64,000 bases of DNA from an uncultured Acidobacteriota bacterium (GTDB lineage: Bacteria; Acidobacteriota; Vicinamibacteria; Vicinamibacterales; 2-12-FULL-66-21): positions 453,950 to 517,949 of the forward strand of contig CAWIWL010000013.1 in the NCBI GenBank assembly GCA_963839705.1, read 5' to 3'. A program made the translations under genes and the position numbers. The number at the start of each line of letters is the position of its first letter. Positions within the stretch are counted from its first letter, which is position 1. The notes under the pieces were generated by a model. It was not told the DNA's origin, ran no database searches, and saw only the letters and a list, made by a program, of their open reading frames with translations. Positions 49,540 to 58,158 of the stretch are shown piece after piece.

Positions 49540-50808
49540 ATGCCTATTGAAATCAAGATCAACAACTCGCTGAATCCGAACGCGCGTTACATCACGTACG
49601 CCCCGTCACCCTGTCAGATCCGTCAGACACCGTCGAGTAGTGCATTGACGGTGAAGCTGACGAGCAAGGCGGCGAAAACCGGAGGAGGCGTCGCCGTCTT
49701 CTACGCGAATCGGGTGGTGGGAGCCCAACCGGCCGCGACCCTGACCGTGACGCTTCCGGCGAACGGGACCTGGGTGGACTTCGGGCTGGCGGGGAAGCAG
49801 GGCAAACCGAGCGTCGACGATCTCGATTGCCTGCTGATTGCGACTGCGACCGGCGGCGGCGCGAGTCTGACGGTTCCGTTGATGGTGCGTGTCCGCAAGA
49901 ACGCCAACAAGCTCAAAGCCCGCGAGCGAGACCGGTTTCTTCTCGCGCTGGCAAAGCTCAACAGCGTCACCCCGGTGCCCAGCACGTACCAGACGTTGCG
50001 CAACATGCACGTGGACGCCGCCGATCCCGAGGAGCACGCGGGACCGCATTTCCTGCCCTGGCACAGATCGTATCTGCTTGACCTCGAACGTGGGCTGCAG
50101 GCGATCGATCCGTCAGTGTCCATGCACTACTGGCGTTTCGACCAGAAGGCACCCAAGGTGTTTCACAAGCTCTTCATGGGCGAAACGAAGCGGTTGCCTC
50201 TCTCGGCTGATTTCGTTCTTCTTGACCCTGACAATCCGTTGGTGGGGTGGGTCACCGACTCCGAGCCGGGCATCCTCCGGGCGTCAGTCTTCAATACGAA
50301 GACGGAGGCCGCTCCAGGTTTTCCGGGCTTTGAGCTGCTCAACCAGGCCCAGACCCTGGCCCTTGGGCCGAACTACCCCGCATTCCGTGTAATGGAGGGC
50401 ACGCCCCATGGGGCCGCGCACGTCTCGTTCAACGGGTGGATCTCTGACATCCCGACCGCGCCGAAGGATCCGCTGTTCTTCATGCTGCATGCCAACGTGG
50501 ATCGCCTTTGGGCGTTGTGGCAGTGGATGAATGATCGCACCAATCCCGACGATCCAAATACTTACACCGGGCAAAATATCGATGGCCGGCGAGTGAACGA
50601 TACGATGTGGCCGTGGAACGGAGTGATCACGCTGCCTCGTCCGAACTTCGCACCGGGTAGCGGACTTCCAGGTTCGCCGCTGACACCGACACCCGGTGTC
50701 AAGCCAACCATCCGCAACATGATCGACTACCACGGGAGCAGGGTCGCGCTACCCTTGGATTGGCTTGGTTTCAGCTACGACGACGTTCCCTTCGAATTCA
50801 ACCCGTAA
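49540..50808 (+). CDS. Tyrosinase / type-3 copper protein with a roughly 140-aa N-terminal beta-rich domain and no signal peptide
   Basis: CuA region EEHAGPHFLPWHRSYLLDLE; CuB region GTPHGAAHVSF..DPLFFMLHANVDRLWALWQ. Confidence 0.85.
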   Translation: MPIEIKINNSLNPNARYITYAPSPCQIRQTPSSSALTVKLTSKAAKTGGGVAVFYANRVVGAQPAATLTVTLPANGTWVDFGLAGKQGKPSVDDLDCLLIATATGGGASLTVPLMVRVRKNANKLKARERDRFLLALAKLNSVTPVPSTYQTLRNMHVDAADPEEHAGPHFLPWHRSYLLDLERGLQAIDPSVSMHYWRFDQKAPKVFHKLFMGETKRLPLSADFVLLDPDNPLVGWVTDSEPGILRASVFNTKTEAAPGFPGFELLNQAQTLALGPNYPAFRVMEGTPHGAAHVSFNGWISDIPTAPKDPLFFMLHANVDRLWALWQWMNDRTNPDDPNTYTGQNIDGRRVNDTMWPWNGVITLPRPNFAPGSGLPGSPLTPTPGVKPTIRNMIDYHGSRVALPLDWLGFSYDDVPFEFNP

Positions 50809-50850
50809 GGGCTCAAAGAGAAACCTCCCGTAAGGGCCAAAGAGGGAGTT

Positions 50851-52839
50851 ATGAGCACGAAAGAGTACCGAAAGAAAATCGCGCAGAGCATTGCGAAAGC
50901 TCAGGCGATACGTTCGAGGTCAACCGGTTCGCAGAACGACCCCGAGCCTCTCCGCAGCATGGTCGCCAACAAGAAAGCCGCGGCGAAGACGCGCGCTGAG
51001 GCACTTGGACGCTTGATGCGCGTGGAAGGTCCAGACGTTGTTCCGGAAACGGCGCTCCAACGCCTTGCCGATCCCAAGGAATCACCGGTCGTGCGCCTCG
51101 CAGCTCTCAGGCTGTTGCAACACAAGCAGATCTTCAGCTCGGCCTCCGCCGAGTGGAGACCCGCCTATCTCGAGGCATTGAGGACGGCTCTCGATGAGCC
51201 CAAGCTGCGAAGCGCGGCCCTGGAGATTCTGTCCGGACTCAAGGACCGAAAGACTCAAGAGTTGCTGCTGGAAGGTATTCGTAAACCAAAACAGGCGCTC
51301 GTGCCCGTGGACCACGCGCTACGGCTGTTGAGCTCGGACATCCACGCCGATGTGCTCGAAGTGGCGCGGAGCCTGGCGAACGATCAACAGAGCCGCAAGA
51401 ACAAGCCCGTGTTCCTGCAGGCACTTCGTATCCTTGCGTCTGACCCGGCCTCGGTCGGGAGGCTCGAGGAGGTGCTGGCGAATGATTCCCATTCAATCGA
51501 TGCAAGAAGACTCGCGGCAACGGCGCTGAATCATCTGTCTCCTGAGAGTCTGAAATCCAAGACCGCCCGAAGCCGATCGGCAAAGGCAGGCTCCAAGACT
51601 GGACGCCCTGTCCAGACACATCGAGACTCTCCAGAGCATCCGGCGATGAAGTCGCCTGCCGTTTCATGCTGTGGTACGCGTGGCCCTGCCGCGGCTGAGA
51701 CGATCGATCTGCGCGCGCCCGAGCAGGTGCGTACGGAGGCTGACCTTATTCGCGTCGTCGAGGTCGGCCGTGGAGACAGTGCCTATACCGAGACGTTTCT
51801 CACGTTGCTCGACGAGCGTCACGCGGTCTACCAGGGCGTGGGCGCGCCAGTCGTGACCCGCATGCGTGGCGCGCTGTTGCTCGCGCTGGGGCATCGCGCC
51901 TTGCCTACGACGGCTCTGCCCTTTGTCATAGAGGAATTGGAGACCGCGCACGACGCGTGGCTGACCGCTGTCGCGGCACACGTGTTGAGGAAGTATCCCG
52001 AACCGTTGCCCTCCTTCGCCCAACCCCTGCTGTCGGCCATTCTCTACATTCGGCATCGGGATGATGTCGTGCGCTTGGCGAACTACGCCGGACACGGACC
52101 GGGCGGCGAAACCACCACTGCCATGGCTGAAGTGATGCGGACGATCGCCTGGCTGGGCCGCTGCGGGATGGACTGTCTCTCGAGCTTGGAGGATCTCGTC
52201 GCGCAGAATCCAGGCCCGGCCACGTCGGCGATGGCGGCCAATGCCATCAAAGCGATCCGCGAGGACGATCAGACGCCAGCCGCGGAATGTGGCGACAGTG
52301 AGGAGGCGCCACGTGGGACCCTCGGCGTTGCCCCGAAGGACATCTCGGGCCTGCGCCTGCAAGACCACTCGGGGGCCGAGTTGAGCTTCGCGGAAGCGTT
52401 TCATGGCCGGCCGTCAATCGTCGTGTTCTTCTACACCCGCTGCGACAACCCCGCGAAATGCCCGTTGACCATGTATAAGTTCGGCAGCTTGCAGCGGCTG
52501 TTGCAGGAATCCGCACTTGGCGATTCGATTGGGACGGCGGCGATCACCTACGACCCGGAATATGACCGCTCGGAGCGCCTGTTGCAGTATGCCCAAAGCT
52601 GGGGAGCCAAGCCGTCGCCGCTGCACCGTGTCCTTCGGACCGTCGGGGAATTCTCAACGCTCCGTGAGTATTTTGGGCTTGGGGTGAATTTCGGCGCGTC
52701 GGGAATCGTGAATCGGCACAAGCTCGAGGCCTTCGTGCTCGACACGAAAGGCCACATCGCTCACGTCGTCACTCGTCGTCGTTGGGACGAAGCGCAACTG
52801 GTACGTCTTGCGACCTCTCTAGTGGGAGCACCTTCCTAG
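50851..52839 (+). CDS. HEAT-repeat protein fused to a C-terminal SCO1/SenC-like thioredoxin-fold domain (variant C-x5-C-P motif)
   Basis: Strong RBS AGAGGGAG. HEAT-like helices (VVRLAALRLLQ, LRSAALEILSGL). The C-terminus reads RPSIVVFFYTRCDNPAKCP..ITYDPEYDRSERL..NRHKLEAFVLDTKGHI, which matches the SCO layout (Cys pair, DPERD-like motif, distal His). Confidence 0.65.
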   Translation: MSTKEYRKKIAQSIAKAQAIRSRSTGSQNDPEPLRSMVANKKAAAKTRAEALGRLMRVEGPDVVPETALQRLADPKESPVVRLAALRLLQHKQIFSSASAEWRPAYLEALRTALDEPKLRSAALEILSGLKDRKTQELLLEGIRKPKQALVPVDHALRLLSSDIHADVLEVARSLANDQQSRKNKPVFLQALRILASDPASVGRLEEVLANDSHSIDARRLAATALNHLSPESLKSKTARSRSAKAGSKTGRPVQTHRDSPEHPAMKSPAVSCCGTRGPAAAETIDLRAPEQVRTEADLIRVVEVGRGDSAYTETFLTLLDERHAVYQGVGAPVVTRMRGALLLALGHRALPTTALPFVIEELETAHDAWLTAVAAHVLRKYPEPLPSFAQPLLSAILYIRHRDDVVRLANYAGHGPGGETTTAMAEVMRTIAWLGRCGMDCLSSLEDLVAQNPGPATSAMAANAIKAIREDDQTPAAECGDSEEAPRGTLGVAPKDISGLRLQDHSGAELSFAEAFHGRPSIVVFFYTRCDNPAKCPLTMYKFGSLQRLLQESALGDSIGTAAITYDPEYDRSERLLQYAQSWGAKPSPLHRVLRTVGEFSTLREYFGLGVNFGASGIVNRHKLEAFVLDTKGHIAHVVTRRRWDEAQLVRLATSLVGAPS

Positions 52840-52948
52840 TCGACACACGCCTTAAGCTGCAACCTCTGAGCCGGTGGTGCTATTGTGTTGACGCGAACCT
52901 GCCTCGGCGTTCGTCCCATGCATTTTCGACAACGAAACTGACGCTCGC

Positions 52949-53905
52949 ATGAAGGCCGCTGTCCGGTCACGCTACGGTCCGCCCGACGTTCTCAGCGTCC
53001 GGGATATAGAGAAGCCGGTACCGAAGGACGGCGAGATCCTGATCCGGGTACATGCCGCCAGCGTCAACAGAAGCGACTACCACGTACTTACCGGTGTGCC
53101 GTGGCCGATGAGATGTTTCACCGGTCTTTTCCGGCCGACGCTGGCGTCGACTGGGACAGACTTTGCCGGCCACATCGAATCGACTGGTTCGAAGGTACGA
53201 CGGTTCAAGCCTGGCGAGAACGTGATGGGCTTTGGTGGAGTATTCGGGGTTGGATCGCACGCACAGTATCTTGCATTCGACGAGAGTCGTGGCGTTGTCT
53301 CCATGCCGGACAACGTGACCTACGTGCAGGCGGCCGCGTGTCTCGAAGGCGCGTACTACGCTGCTACTGGTCTGACGCAGATAAACCCGCGCGCCGGACA
53401 GAAAGCGCTCGTCTATGGCGCAACCGGCGCGATCGGATCCGCCTACGTTCAGTTGCTGAGATGCTGGGGCTTGTGTGTGACGGCCGTATGCGCTGGAGAA
53501 CATCGAGAACTCATGATCTCGTTGGGTGCTGACAAGGTGGTTGACTACAAGACCGAAGACTTCACGCGTGATACCGAGCGGTACGATTTCATCTTCGACG
53601 CGGTCGATAAGACCACTTATGGAGCCTGTCGAAAGCTGATGCAGAACGACGGTGTGTACACGTCGTCAGGCGGCTTTGAGAACCTATTCCTCGCGCTCAT
53701 CACGCGACTGCACGGGCGAAAGAGAGTGATCTTCCTCGGCCCGAAGGACATTCCCGGCAACCTGAGTTTGATCAAGGATTTGGTGGAGAAGGGACGCTTC
53801 AAACCGGTGATCGACAGACAGTACCCCATCGAAAAGATATCGGAGGCGTTTGAGTACGTCGCGACGGGCCAGAAGATCGGCAACGTGATCGTGACGATGG
53901 ACTGA
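52949..53905 (+). CDS. MDR-superfamily NAD(P)-dependent oxidoreductase (quinone-reductase-like)
   Basis: IRVHAASVNRSDYHVLTG, a Rossmann motif VYGATGAIGSAYVQL, and a C-terminal GKIGNVIVTMD-like ending. Confidence 0.8.
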   Translation: MKAAVRSRYGPPDVLSVRDIEKPVPKDGEILIRVHAASVNRSDYHVLTGVPWPMRCFTGLFRPTLASTGTDFAGHIESTGSKVRRFKPGENVMGFGGVFGVGSHAQYLAFDESRGVVSMPDNVTYVQAAACLEGAYYAATGLTQINPRAGQKALVYGATGAIGSAYVQLLRCWGLCVTAVCAGEHRELMISLGADKVVDYKTEDFTRDTERYDFIFDAVDKTTYGACRKLMQNDGVYTSSGGFENLFLALITRLHGRKRVIFLGPKDIPGNLSLIKDLVEKGRFKPVIDRQYPIEKISEAFEYVATGQKIGNVIVTMD

Positions 53906-54109
53906 CGTGCCTTGCCACGCCTTCTCCTTCGCTAAACCACCGAGTCCGCACTCAGGAGTGGCCGTTAGTGTCTCAGCCGGTGGGAGCAGCGCGTGCGTGT
54001 CCGTGAATCGTCGGGTGAGCCTCAACGCAGTCGATGCGCCCGTATCCACCAGGAGCTTCGCGGCAATCGGCGGACGCCTCTCCGGCAAGCGACTAGAACG
54101 AATAGGGTT
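53906..54109 (-). pseudogene. Fragment of a retropepsin-like (clan AA) aspartic protease gene, truncated at both ends
   Basis: Minus-strand frame ..PPIAAKLLVDTGASTALRLTRRF..ECGLGG carries a DTG active-site motif. It runs straight into the antisense of the ADH gene at 53905 and has a stop at 54110. Confidence 0.4.
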
Positions 54110-54170
54110 TCATCCGCACTGCCACGATGATCGGCGTGAGCACCAGCCCGGACTCAGTGCGGATAAACCC
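54105..54170. repeat. 16/17-bp inverted repeat (GGGTTTCATCCGCACTG ... CAGTGCGGATAAACCC) with a 33-nt loop; candidate IS91-family end hairpin
   Basis: Read directly. On the transposase strand it is followed by CCCTATTC-GTTC. Confidence 0.6.
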
Positions 54171-54429
54171 TGTTGGACGAAGCCGCGTGGCTCGCCGTCG
54201 CAATGCTATGGGGATTGTAAGGCTGCTCGGGCGTGACGCGGTGCGACTTTCCACCGAGGGGCGCGCGCGTGGAGGGACCAGTGGGGTCGACGGTGGCGCA
54301 TGCGAGGGGCGGGCGTCCAGTCGTCAGGCCGGTGCGTTCGTTGGCGCGCGGCTCCCAGCAAGAAGCCAGTCAGAGCACGACCGACCGGACGAGCGTCCGC
54401 AATGTTCGCCGTCGGCGTGAAGACCAGCG

Positions 54430-55635
54430 TCATGAGGTATCCGGCGGCCGAATCCAAGGGACGACGATCGCGGTGATGTGCATCCGACCTTCCCCGCACA
54501 CCGGACAGCGTGCGAGGTCGACCCCGGTGACCCGCTGCAGCAGTACGGCAGCCGATTCGGGCCGGGCGTCCTCGGGCGGTGGTTGGCCGAGGAGGTCCCG
54601 GCACCGCGTCAAGGTGCCTCGCCGCGTGCGATTCGCGAGCAGGCCGAAGTGGCGAATGCGCATGAAGCCGCGCGGTACCACGTGCAAGAGAAAGCGTCTC
54701 AGGAATTCGTCGGCCTCGAGCGTGAGGACCTTCACGCGGTCGTGGTCGGCGTAGTCCTTCCAGCGGAACCGAACGCGGCCGTCGCGGTGATCGACGAGCC
54801 GATCATTGGACAGCGCCACGCGGTGGGTGTACCGGCCGAGATAGTCGAGCACCTGTTCAGGGCCGGCGAAGGGCCGCTTCGCATACACGATCCAGTCGAC
54901 GGCCCGCAATTGACCAAGGCAGACGGTGAAAGCGCGACGATCGGCCAGATCGGCGGTGCCTCCCGCGAAGGTGAGCTGCCCGGCGTCAAACGCGCGCTGC
55001 AGGCCGGCGAGATATTTTCCGCGAAAGACCCGTGACAGTGCACGGACCGGAAACAGGAACGTCGATCGACCGGCAATCCATTGTGAGCGGTCCGCCGTCA
55101 ACGCTCCGCCGGTGACCAGACAGTGCAGATGGAGGTGCTGCGAGAGATTCTGTCCCCACGTGTGCAGAATCGCCGTGAGCCCGATGGTGCCGCCGAGATG
55201 CCGCGGATCGCGCCCGAAGGTGAGCAGCGTGTCGGCGGCGGCGCGGAAGAGCAGCGTGTAGATCAGGCGCGGATTGCCCTGCGCGAGCGCGTTGAGCGCA
55301 TGGGGGAGAGTGAAGACGACGTGGAAATACGGAATGGGCAGCAGGTCGGCGCGGCGCGCCGCGAGCCACCGTTCTTTGGTCAGCGTCTGGCACTTCGGGC
55401 AATGGCGATTGCGACAGGAGTTATAGGTGATCCGCACCGCGCCGCAGCGGGCACACGTCTCCCGATGCCCGCCGAGCACGGCGGTGCGGCAGGTCTCGAT
55501 CGCGTGGAGCGCCCGGTGCTGGACGGGGGCGAGGCGATGCGTTCGACGATACACGTCGCCATGGGCGCGCACGATGTCCGCGAGCTCCAGTCGAGGACGG
55601 CTCGAGACCGCCGTGCCCGATGGCACGGCGCACAC
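54430..55635 (-). CDS. IS91 family transposase (rolling-circle HUH-Y2)
   Basis: N-terminal zinc-binding region CRTAVLGGHRETCARCG..SCRNRHCPKC, an HUH motif QHLHLHCLV, a Y motif YLGRYTHRVA, and C-terminal CPVCG. Confidence 0.9.
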   Translation of the reverse strand: MCAVPSGTAVSSRPRLELADIVRAHGDVYRRTHRLAPVQHRALHAIETCRTAVLGGHRETCARCGAVRITYNSCRNRHCPKCQTLTKERWLAARRADLLPIPYFHVVFTLPHALNALAQGNPRLIYTLLFRAAADTLLTFGRDPRHLGGTIGLTAILHTWGQNLSQHLHLHCLVTGGALTADRSQWIAGRSTFLFPVRALSRVFRGKYLAGLQRAFDAGQLTFAGGTADLADRRAFTVCLGQLRAVDWIVYAKRPFAGPEQVLDYLGRYTHRVALSNDRLVDHRDGRVRFRWKDYADHDRVKVLTLEADEFLRRFLLHVVPRGFMRIRHFGLLANRTRRGTLTRCRDLLGQPPPEDARPESAAVLLQRVTGVDLARCPVCGEGRMHITAIVVPWIRPPDTS

Positions 55636-55639
55636 AGGA

Positions 55640-56497
55640 TTAGCCCTGCGGCGGCGGCGTAAAACGCGCGAGCAGATCGAGGGCGGAGTTCGGGCCGATC
55701 TGCGCGTGCTTGGTCAAGTGGAAATACCGGGTCGTGGTCGTGATGTCGCCGTGGCCGAGCAACCGCTGAATCGTGTGGACATCGACACCGGCTTCCAGGA
55801 GGTGCGTCGCAAAGGCGTGGCGGAGTCCGTGAATCCCACCGGGCTTCGTGATCCCCGCGCGCCGCTTCGCGGCCTGATAGGCGCGCTGCAAACTGGTCGG
55901 ATGCATCGGCCGGTCGCCGCCGTGCGCCGGGAAGAGCCACACCAGCGGCCGATAGATCAGGAAATATCCCCGCAACGCCTCCAAGAGGCGCGTGGAAAGG
56001 ACCGTGTACCGATCTTTCGCCCCTTTCCCGTGCTCGACGCGAATCATCATCCGTGTTGAATCGATGTCGCGGACGTGCAGGTGGATCACTTCGTTGAGCC
56101 GTAAGCCGGCAGCATAAGTGGTGAGGAGCATCGTGCGATGTTTTCGACTGGTGGTCTGTTCGAGCACACGCTCGATCTCCTCGGGGCTCAAGACCACAGG
56201 AAGCTTGACCGGCTGACGTGGCCCGGGAATGTCGAACGTCGTCCGATCGCGCTTCAGGGTCGTGTGATAGAAAAAGCGGAGACCGTGCACGACAATGTGC
56301 AACGTGCTCCAGGATCGGTGCCGGTCGCGCAGGAGATGCCGCAAGTAGGCTTGCACTTCCTGATCCGAGATCTGGTCGGGCGACCGATGGTAGTGCCGCG
56401 CCAGTCCTTCGACCGCCCACAAGTACGTCTCGCGGGTTCGATCGGCCATCCCGCGGACCACCATGTCCTCGTCCATGCGACGACGCAATGCAGTCAT
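55640..56497 (-). CDS. Tyrosine-type site-specific recombinase/integrase (IS91-associated)
   Basis: SAM-like N-domain (RTRETYLWAVEGLARHY). The catalytic region reads GLRLNEV..GKGAKDR..HGLRHAFATHLLEAGVD..IQRLLGHGDITTTTRY. Start taken at Met34 of ORF 55640..56596. Confidence 0.85.
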   Translation of the reverse strand: MTALRRRMDEDMVVRGMADRTRETYLWAVEGLARHYHRSPDQISDQEVQAYLRHLLRDRHRSWSTLHIVVHGLRFFYHTTLKRDRTTFDIPGPRQPVKLPVVLSPEEIERVLEQTTSRKHRTMLLTTYAAGLRLNEVIHLHVRDIDSTRMMIRVEHGKGAKDRYTVLSTRLLEALRGYFLIYRPLVWLFPAHGGDRPMHPTSLQRAYQAAKRRAGITKPGGIHGLRHAFATHLLEAGVDVHTIQRLLGHGDITTTTRYFHLTKHAQIGPNSALDLLARFTPPPQG

Positions 56498-56705
56498 GGC
56501 ACACCTCGCTGAGTGGAACGTCGTTATCGACGTTCGCCAGCGGGCATTCTGTGAGGAGGAATCGTCGTAAGGGGGGACAGTCGACGAGAACACCATGCAT
56601 CGATTACGGCGTGGAATCGATCGAAGCGATTCGGTCGGGCCTTTTCCTACCGCGATCAGCGGTTTCGTTCAACTACTGGTAGGCTGACCAGCATATCGCG
56701 GTCAA

Positions 56706-58058
56706 TCAGCCGCCTCCGCTGAGGTACACGGCGCTCGTGTCGGCCTCGACGTGGGAACCCATGATCGCAGCGGCCGCTTTGCGGGCGCTGATGACGCACG
56801 CATCGGTCATGAGGTACTTGTGCTCGCCATATCGACCAACCAGAAGCACTCCATGGTGATTCAGGAAATCCGTAATCATCTGCATCGCCGGTGCGCGGTT
56901 ATGGTCGAAGATCGGGTTTGCGTGCGGTACGAATGTCACGTTCACGTACCGCACGGCATCGGCGTGATCGACGAGGCCCATCTCGACCAGCTCAGAGACA
57001 ACCGTCGACTTGACGTTCTCGAGGTCGCTCGGGACCTCCCGGTATTCTGAGCCGTAGACCTCGGCCTGGATGCCTGAGCAGCCCGGCGGCGCATTGTTCG
57101 GCGAGAAATGCTCCGTATGGCTGATACGAACGCTCAGCTTGTCCTCGTCGTAGACATACATCCATGTCTCGGACCGTCGTGCGGGGTGGTTTACAGCGAC
57201 ATCCACCCGGAGGAAGTTCGTGCACCTGAGTTTCTCCGCCGCGTCGCGCACTGCCTGAGGAGCATCGGTAGAGAGCCGGATCAAGGACTTGAGCGGGATC
57301 GTCGACACGAGCCGCCCATACGACACGAGGGAGCCGTCTGAGAAACGAAGCCGGCGCGATCCGAACGAGACCTGTTCGAGCGCGCAATTCAGCCGGATGC
57401 TCGCGCCACGAGCCATCTTGTGTGTATACGCCAGGAACCCGCCGTGAGTGGGGTAACGCGACTCACGACCAAGGGCGTAGTGGATGGTCTGAATGCCGAT
57501 TGACGCTTTGGCCCCGGCCACGACGTCGTCGACGCTCGGCTTCATGACCCTGTTGCCCACCCACTCGGTGGCGAGATCGGCTGGCTCAACCGTCCAGTAC
57601 TTTCGGGTATAGGCGGCTGGGAACGTCTCGGCGAATACCTCACCGAACGCCTGGTGGATCCATTCGCGGTAGTTCTTTGGCATGCCATCGATGCCACGCG
57701 ACGCGAGGAAACTCTCGAGGCACGCTGACCGCAGCGGCTCGGGAACCTGATAGAGGTTGACCTGAGCGGGATGATCAATCCAGTGGCCCCGGAAGTAGTT
57801 CGAGGCCCTCGACGCCACTACTTCAAAGGCGCCGTCGACCATGTCTGCAAAAAAAGCCTGGGCGTAGGCGTTAGAGGTGAAACTGATGTGCGGCCCGTCG
57901 TCCCAGAGGAAGCCGTCCACGACCTCCGAATGCACGTGCCCGCCGTAGTAGGGCTTCTGCTCGAAAATCTGTGTGTCTTTATGCCGGAGATGGTAGGAGA
58001 CGGCAAGGCCAGAAATACCGGCGCCCAATACGGCAACCGGTATGTGCGAGGATGTCAT
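56706..58058 (-). CDS. NAD(P)/FAD-dependent oxidoreductase (amine-oxidase / UDP-galactopyranose-mutase-like fold)
   Basis: N-terminal dinucleotide motif VAVLGAGISGLAVSYHL, and a C-terminal LVGRYGEHKY typical of this fold. Confidence 0.7.
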   Translation of the reverse strand: MTSSHIPVAVLGAGISGLAVSYHLRHKDTQIFEQKPYYGGHVHSEVVDGFLWDDGPHISFTSNAYAQAFFADMVDGAFEVVASRASNYFRGHWIDHPAQVNLYQVPEPLRSACLESFLASRGIDGMPKNYREWIHQAFGEVFAETFPAAYTRKYWTVEPADLATEWVGNRVMKPSVDDVVAGAKASIGIQTIHYALGRESRYPTHGGFLAYTHKMARGASIRLNCALEQVSFGSRRLRFSDGSLVSYGRLVSTIPLKSLIRLSTDAPQAVRDAAEKLRCTNFLRVDVAVNHPARRSETWMYVYDEDKLSVRISHTEHFSPNNAPPGCSGIQAEVYGSEYREVPSDLENVKSTVVSELVEMGLVDHADAVRYVNVTFVPHANPIFDHNRAPAMQMITDFLNHHGVLLVGRYGEHKYLMTDACVISARKAAAAIMGSHVEADTSAVYLSGGG

Positions 58059-58158
58059 CGTGATGTTAGCAACTTTCCTGAGTGTAAATCCAAGCCCACA
58101 CCCTCATCGTTGTGGTACCCAGCCTTTCAGGCGCGAGACACGAGTCGATTCGTGCCGG

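Larger units (their letters stand above)
54100..56700 (-). mobile_element. IS91-family insertion sequence carrying a tyrosine recombinase plus an HUH-Y2 transposase. The boundaries are approximate.
   Basis: Two adjacent minus-strand genes (below) separated by 4 nt. A hairpin plus GTTC lies on the tnpA-distal side near 54100. The right limit is bounded by the stop of the next gene at 56706. Confidence 0.55.

Noticed and set aside
54127-54420. 97-aa plus ORF in the scar region
   Set aside because: Arg/Gly-rich with no motifs. It overlaps a minus frame with a much better codon signal.
55380-56600. 406-aa minus ORF overlapping the integrase and transposase
   Set aside because: It is an alternative frame of two genes with strong family motifs. 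The sequence is Arg/Pro-rich nonsense.
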